Assembly (NCBI GenBank): GCA_934098445.1
Contig: CAKOOW010000001.1
Location: forward strand, 10,872-74,871
Length of the DNA stretch: 64,000 nucleotides
Reading direction: 5' to 3'
Source: an uncultured Bacilli bacterium
GTDB taxonomy: Bacteria > Bacillota_I > Bacilli_A > RF39 > UBA660
Shown: positions 58,936-64,000 of the stretch, piece after piece
How the letters are laid out: each line of letters opens with the position of its first letter
Position numbering within the stretch: position 1 is the first letter of the stretch
Notes under the pieces: generated by a model
Databases searched by the model: none
What the model was told of the DNA's origin: nothing
The model's input: the letters and a program-made list of their open reading frames with translations, nothing else
Made by a program: the position numbers and the translations under genes

Positions 58936-61449
58936 TTATAGTTTTTTACTTTCTTTACTTATTAAGAGTTTACGGAGCCAATCGAAAGGGATAACACTTA
59001 AAGATAGAATAATGACAAAGAATAATTCTTTAAGAGTTAGACCGTACGTACGAAAGAGGTCACCACCAAAGTAGATTAAGTACATTTGAATAATTGAAAT
59101 ACCAGTAAAAATCAAGATGAAGGGTTTATTTTTGAAGATATTGGCTAAGATATTTAATCTTGTAGTTCGGGCATTAAGAGCATTAAAAAGACTAGAGAAG
59201 ATAAAGAAGGCGAAGTAAGCGGTATATAAATAGCGATAGTCATCAGCATAACGAATGAAGTTATAGACTAGGGGAGACTTAAAGAAGAAGATACCTAAAA
59301 GAGAGGTATATAATCCAGTGAAGAAGATTTCTTTAACCATATAACTATTAATTATATGGACTTTTTTAGTCTTTGGAGGTTCATTCATATATTCATCTAA
59401 AGAGGGTTCACTAGCGAAAGCAATGCCAGCAAGAGTATCCATAATCATATTAATCCATAACATCTGAATAACGGTCACCGGAGTTACTATATCCATAATA
59501 GGACCAATAATAGCCATTAACATTGCACAGAAATTAACTGTTAATTGGAAGATTATAAACTTTCGAATACTTTTAAAAATAGTTCGGCCGAAAAGGACTG
59601 ATTTCGTAATAGAAGCAATATTATCATCCAGAATAATAATATCGCCCGCTTCTTTAGCAACTTCAGTCCCAGAACCCATGGCAAATCCAACATCAGCTAA
59701 TTTTAAAGCTCCAGCATCATTAATACCATCCCCAGTCATACCAACTACTAAGTCTTGGGCTTGCAATATCTTAACCATCCTAGTCTTATCTTTGGGAAGA
59801 GCGCGGGCGATAACCTTGATTCTAGTATACAAGTTACTTATATCTTCATCGGTAAGAGAATTAAATTCACTACTAGATAAAGCTAAATCATTTTTATTAG
59901 TAATAATACCAGCTTCTTTAGCTATTGAAGTCGCTGTATCAATATTATCTCCAGTTATCATAATGACATTTATGCCGGCTTGATGGAGAGTTTTTATGGC
60001 ATTAGGAGTAGTAGTCCTTAAGGTATCCTTAATAATTAGATATCCTAAGTAAGTATGAGAAGTACTTAGTTTATCTTTTTCGGTCAAGAGAATAATCCGA
60101 GAACCAGTTTTAGCTTCGTTATCTATCTCTTTACTAATAGTATCTTTATTTAAAAGAAGTTTCTTTTTACCAAAACTATCTAAGTAATAGAGACATTTAT
60201 CTAATAAGACTTCTTTAGCTCCCTTATAATAAGTAATATCATTATCTAAAGTTACAGAACTATATTTATCTTTACTATCAAAGAGTTTCTTAGTAATTAT
60301 TTTTCTTTCTTTTATGGGTTTATTAACAATCTTTAGAAGAGCTTTATCAGTTTGATTACCACCAGTTATTTCTCCAGAAGTATTAAGAATAGAAGAGTTA
60401 TTATAATACAAGTTATTAGTTATCTCTTCTTGGAGATGCGAAGATAAAGTCTTAAGATTAGATATTTTCTTATTAGCATAATTAACATAAGAAGTGACTT
60501 TGAGATTACCTTCAGTTAAGGTACCGGTTTTATCTGTTAAAAGACAATTGATATTCCCACTAGTCTCGATACCAATTAGTTTGCGAACTAAGACATTACT
60601 CTTAAGCATTCTTTTCATATTAGAGGAAAGAACAAGGGTAACCATTAGAGGTAATCCTTCGGGAACAGTAACAACGATAACAGTCATCGAAAGTGTTAAA
60701 GAATACAGGATATTATTGATACTAAAGTCTTTAGTAGTCATAAGATAAACGCTTGCTGCTAGGAAGGCTCCGATGTAGCCAAAAATACTGATTATTTTAG
60801 CTAAAGTACTTAGTCTTGATTTTAAAGGACTGATGATGGGAGGAGTTTGAATATCTTTAGCTAGGCCTCCTATTAAAGTATTATCGCCAACTTTATCAAT
60901 TTTAATCTTGGCTTCCCCCTCGTAACAGATAGTCGAGGAATAGACATATTCTCCTTTAGATTTATTTTTATCTTTAGTTTCCCCGTTGATACTAGCTTCA
61001 TTGACATTTAAGTGTCCTTCTAAGATATAACCATCAGCAGGAATAACATTCCCACTACTAACTAAAACAATATCTCCGACGACAATATCTGTAACAGGAA
61101 TAGTAGTAATTTTACCATTTCGATAGACATTAGCCTTCGTTCTTGATGCTTCTTCTTCTAAACGATTAAAAGCTTCTTCACTACCATATTCAGCAAAAGA
61201 TCCAATAGTCGAAGCTAGGATAATAGAGATTAGAATACCTATAGTCTCAAAATAATCATTGTTTCTAAATAAAAAAATAATCTTAAATACTAAGACAATA
61301 ATTAATATTTTGATAATAGGGTCACTTAAAGAAGATAAAATTAAAGAGAAAAGACTTCTTTTTTTGACCTTGGTTAAAGTATTACGACCATACTTATTAC
61401 GACTTTGTATTACTTCTTTATTAGTTAATCCATTCATATCTGCACCCAT
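58936..61449 (-). CDS. P-type cation-transporting ATPase (P2-type; probably Ca2+).
   Basis: Phosphorylation motif DKTGTLT, plus TGDN and GDGINDAGAL motifs; 10 TM helices. Confidence 0.9.
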   Translation of the reverse strand: MGADMNGLTNKEVIQSRNKYGRNTLTKVKKRSLFSLILSSLSDPIIKILIIVLVFKIIFLFRNNDYFETIGILISIILASTIGSFAEYGSEEAFNRLEEEASRTKANVYRNGKITTIPVTDIVVGDIVLVSSGNVIPADGYILEGHLNVNEASINGETKDKNKSKGEYVYSSTICYEGEAKIKIDKVGDNTLIGGLAKDIQTPPIISPLKSRLSTLAKIISIFGYIGAFLAASVYLMTTKDFSINNILYSLTLSMTVIVVTVPEGLPLMVTLVLSSNMKRMLKSNVLVRKLIGIETSGNINCLLTDKTGTLTEGNLKVTSYVNYANKKISNLKTLSSHLQEEITNNLYYNNSSILNTSGEITGGNQTDKALLKIVNKPIKERKIITKKLFDSKDKYSSVTLDNDITYYKGAKEVLLDKCLYYLDSFGKKKLLLNKDTISKEIDNEAKTGSRIILLTEKDKLSTSHTYLGYLIIKDTLRTTTPNAIKTLHQAGINVIMITGDNIDTATSIAKEAGIITNKNDLALSSSEFNSLTDEDISNLYTRIKVIARALPKDKTRMVKILQAQDLVVGMTGDGINDAGALKLADVGFAMGSGTEVAKEAGDIIILDDNIASITKSVLFGRTIFKSIRKFIIFQLTVNFCAMLMAIIGPIMDIVTPVTVIQMLWINMIMDTLAGIAFASEPSLDEYMNEPPKTKKVHIINSYMVKEIFFTGLYTSLLGIFFFKSPLVYNFIRYADDYRYLYTAYFAFFIFSSLFNALNARTTRLNILANIFKNKPFILIFTGISIIQMYLIYFGGDLFRTYGLTLKELFFVIILSLSVIPFDWLRKLLISKESKKL

Positions 61450-61489
61450 TTAATCTTATGAGTACATAAAAAATTATATGAAAAAAGAA

Positions 61490-62110
61490 TTAATTAGACA
61501 GGGATTTCCAAATTCTTTTTAAGGTTCGGATACTCTTTGGTTGTTTAATTAATTCACACTCTTCTTGAAGCCATAATGGCAAGTTAGTTTTATCCACGTA
61601 AATATGACTTAAATAGTCATTATATTCACTATTATCTTTAGAATAACTAACCGGTATTCTTTTAACTTTACGATTTCTTTCACTAATTTTAATCTCATCA
61701 CTATTAAGAGATAGGTAATAGAGACTTCTAACATCATAGATGAGATAGTTATTAAGAAGTAAATATTCTCTTAGAGATATAAGCTCATTAAAAAAGTGAT
61801 TAAGAAAAAAAGTATTATTAAATAGACAATTAATCTTAACATCATTACCATCTTTAGTCCGATAAAGATAAGCATCGCCTGATTTACGCAGTACTAACTC
61901 TTGCCAAATATCATAGTCTCCAACTTCTTCATATTTTTTGGCATAAAAAGTAATTTCTTTCTTTTCAAAATCAAAATTTTTAACTAACATCGTCTTGTAG
62001 TGTAACCTTTCTGCTAATAAGCTACAAAGATTAGCATAGATTTTGTCACGATGATGATGATATTTCTTTAAAACATTATAAATATCTAATAAATTAACTG
62101 TATCTTCCAT
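61490..62110 (-). CDS. Hypothetical protein.
   Basis: ORF of 206 aa; no recognisable family. Confidence 0.3.
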   Translation of the reverse strand: MEDTVNLLDIYNVLKKYHHHRDKIYANLCSLLAERLHYKTMLVKNFDFEKKEITFYAKKYEEVGDYDIWQELVLRKSGDAYLYRTKDGNDVKINCLFNNTFFLNHFFNELISLREYLLLNNYLIYDVRSLYYLSLNSDEIKISERNRKVKRIPVSYSKDNSEYNDYLSHIYVDKTNLPLWLQEECELIKQPKSIRTLKRIWKSLSN

Positions 62111-62159
62111 ATATATTCCTCTTTTTAATTATATTATCACAAAGAATAGTAGTTGTGTT

Positions 62160-62657
62160 TTAAATTTCTTTTTTGTAAACAGAAGAGGCTAATTTATTTA
62201 AGACTAACTCTTTCGCATCATCATAACTTATCTGCATAGAATAGGCTACTTCGTTGAATAAGAATTTTTCTGATAATTCTTGATAATAGGTATCCTTGTC
62301 ACCAAGATGTTTCTTATTAGATTTTCTAACTTCATTACGAAGATAAGTAGTCTTCATAATGACAATTAAATCCTCTAAAGTGTTACCTTGTAATAAAGAT
62401 TTATATTGTTCTTCTAAATTACGGTCTGTTAGATTTAAAGGCTTAATATTATCTATGTTATCAAGAGATTTCGTTATTTCCTTAAAAGTAGATAAAGGTC
62501 TTAGTAGGTTTCTTTCTTCTTTTAAGGGAACACTAATCTTCAAAGAGGAGTCGGCCTTATTTTCTAGGATATAATAGTCTTGGTTATTAATTTTAGTTAA
62601 GGCTTTAACTTGGCAAACTTCACGCTTGTAGATAAGATAGTCATTTATTTTATACAT
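62160..62657 (-). CDS. CarD/CdnL/TRCF-domain-like transcription factor (RNA-polymerase-interacting family).
   Basis: About 160 aa. The N-terminus MYKINDYLIYKREVCQVKAL resembles a CarD_TRCF domain. Weak. Confidence 0.4.
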   Translation of the reverse strand: MYKINDYLIYKREVCQVKALTKINNQDYYILENKADSSLKISVPLKEERNLLRPLSTFKEITKSLDNIDNIKPLNLTDRNLEEQYKSLLQGNTLEDLIVIMKTTYLRNEVRKSNKKHLGDKDTYYQELSEKFLFNEVAYSMQISYDDAKELVLNKLASSVYKKEI

Positions 62658-62775
62658 TGCAATCCTCCATAAGTATATATAATAATTATAACCTTTTTTA
62701 AGTTTTTTTTCTAAGATTTTTCGCCTTAGATGAAGGTTTTTTGATAAAATGAGAAGAGAAAGGATAGATAAAATG

Positions 62776-63672
62776 ACGAAAAAGAAGAAAAAAGCTCTAA
62801 GAGATTTATGGTATGTAGTAATTGCTTTAATTCTTTTAGGAGGAGGATATTTTACTAGTAATTTGGATAAGAGTAGTAAAAATGAAGATACTGCTACTAA
62901 AGATAGTGAGTTACTAGTCTATTTTATGGATGTTGGACAAGCTGATAGTATTTATATCAAGGATGGAAATAGTAATATGCTAATAGATGCTGGTAATAAT
63001 GCAGATGGTCCTCTTTTAGTTAAATATCTAAAAAATCTTGGAGTTAATGAATTCAAGTACGCAGTAGGAACCCATGCTCATGAGGATCATATTGGAGGAA
63101 TGGATGATATTATTAAGAATTTTACGATTGATAATTATTTAATGCCCAAAAAGATAAGCACTAGTAAGACTTTTGAAGATGTCTTAGATGCTTTAAATGA
63201 GAAAAGGATAAGCCCTAATATTCCCAAAATTGGTGATAAGTTTACTTTAGATAAGGCTAGTTTCGAGGTCTTAAGTGTTGGGACTTCGGATGATGATACG
63301 GATCTTAATGATACTTCCGTAGTTCTTAAAATGACTTATAATAAAACATGCACTTTATTTATGGGAGATGCTTCGAGTGCGGTCGAAAAGAACTTATTGA
63401 ATAAAGATATTCAGTGTCAAGTATTGAAAGTTGGTCATCATGGTTCAAGATATTCTAGTAGTGATGAGTTTATTAAGACCGTTAAACCCTCTTATGGAAT
63501 TATAATGGTCGGTAAAGATAATAAATATGGTCATCCAACTAATAAAACATTAGATGTTTTAAATAAGTATAATGTGACTATTTATCGTACAGATCAAGAA
63601 GGTACCATAATTATGAAAATTAAAGGAGATAATATTAGTTTTGAGAATATAAAGACTAATACAAATGGATAA
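62776..63672 (+). CDS. Membrane-anchored metallo-beta-lactamase-fold protein related to the ComEC/Rec2 C-terminal domain.
   Basis: VYFMDVGQADSIYI and GTHAHEDHIGG motifs. The start is placed at MTKKKKK before a TM helix. Confidence 0.6.
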   Translation, partial: TKKKKKALRDLWYVVIALILLGGGYFTSNLDKSSKNEDTATKDSELLVYFMDVGQADSIYIKDGNSNMLIDAGNNADGPLLVKYLKNLGVNEFKYAVGTHAHEDHIGGMDDIIKNFTIDNYLMPKKISTSKTFEDVLDALNEKRISPNIPKIGDKFTLDKASFEVLSVGTSDDDTDLNDTSVVLKMTYNKTCTLFMGDASSAVEKNLLNKDIQCQVLKVGHHGSRYSSSDEFIKTVKPSYGIIMVGKDNKYGHPTNKTLDVLNKYNVTIYRTDQEGTIIMKIKGDNISFENIKTNTNG

Positions 63673-63901
63673 GATGAAATATAGTGTTGATGAAATTATT
63701 GATGATGTTATTAAGTTAGAGGATTTAAATTCAAAAGAATTAGTTTATTTAAAAAAAGAAGATTTAGACTTTGATGTTAAAGAAAATGATATTTTAGTTC
63801 TTAAAGATGGGAAATATCAAAAAGATGAGAATGCTAAAGAGGAAAGGACAAAGTATTTGCAAGAGAAATTAGAGCGACTTTTGAATTCACAATTTAAGTA
63901 A
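63665..63901 (+). CDS. Hypothetical small acidic protein.
   Basis: ORF overlapping the upstream gene by 8 nt. Confidence 0.3.
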   Translation: MDKMKYSVDEIIDDVIKLEDLNSKELVYLKKEDLDFDVKENDILVLKDGKYQKDENAKEERTKYLQEKLERLLNSQFK

Positions 63902-64000
63902 AGTCTTTTTCTCTTAGGAATAATTGAAGCCCTATATAAATAAGGAAAATTTTCCTAGAAGTATATTATCTTAAGTATATAGTAGGATACTAAATTCCAG
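63902..64000. repeat. Intergenic repeat element, copy B (cut by the window edge).
   Basis: Matches 35005-35100. It contains the perfect 14-nt palindrome AGGAAAATTTTCCT and the CTATATA...TATATAG hairpin arms. Confidence 0.6.

Noticed and set aside
59678-61453. Three plus-strand ORFs antisense to the P-type ATPase.
   Set aside because: They lie inside a conserved gene on the opposite strand.
1-64000. Possible alternative genetic code (UGA read as Trp, as in Mollicutes), suggested by the Mollicutes-like short ClpB.
   Set aside because: Long conserved proteins (FtsH, ClpB, HtpG, the P-type ATPase) are intact with the standard code, and the only tRNA-Trp seen has anticodon CCA.
1-64000. CRISPR arrays, IS elements or an integrated prophage.
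   Set aside because: There are no regularly spaced direct repeats, and no transposase, integrase, terminase or capsid genes. The only repeats found are the CIRCE sites, the TTGCAAAAAA array, the two-copy intergenic element, and in-gene protein repeats.

Overview
By eye this 64 kb window is very AT-rich (about 70% AT) and uses the standard genetic code. It looks like chromosomal DNA from a low-GC, sporulating Gram-positive bacterium; the ClpB gene lacks its N-domain, as in Mollicutes and Erysipelotrichia, so an Erysipelotrichia/Clostridia-like Firmicute is likely. I annotate about 70 genes. The housekeeping backbone is a partial femAB-family gene, ychF, soj-spo0J, a DHH/NrnA-like phosphoesterase, tilS-ftsH, clpB, htpG, rpsI-rplM, def, mtnN, htrA, one tRNA-Trp(CCA) and a P-type ATPase. 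Both clpB and htpG sit behind CIRCE/HrcA operators that carry the promoter -35 box. Accessory content is concentrated in five places: a cell-wall hydrolase island (a holin-like gene overlapping an M23/LysM peptidase, a SleB-like hydrolase, a 4xLysM amidase, GH25 muramidases, a CwlD-like amidase); a cotJ spore-coat operon; two paralogous UvrD-like SF1 helicases, one with a Vsr/DUF559-like nuclease insert and the other beside an Rpn(YhgA)-like nuclease; a 1276-aa MMPL transporter with internal tandem repeats, paired with a divergent TetR; and an Abi_2 abortive-infection gene translationally coupled to htrA. The candidates for something new are a tight NUDIX / unknown / unknown / NUDIX operon, a cytoplasmic BspA-type LRR protein, an orphan pseudopilin cluster, and a roughly 100-nt intergenic repeat present in two copies, each with a hairpin and a perfect palindrome. 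I found no CRISPR array, integrase, IS element or rRNA.
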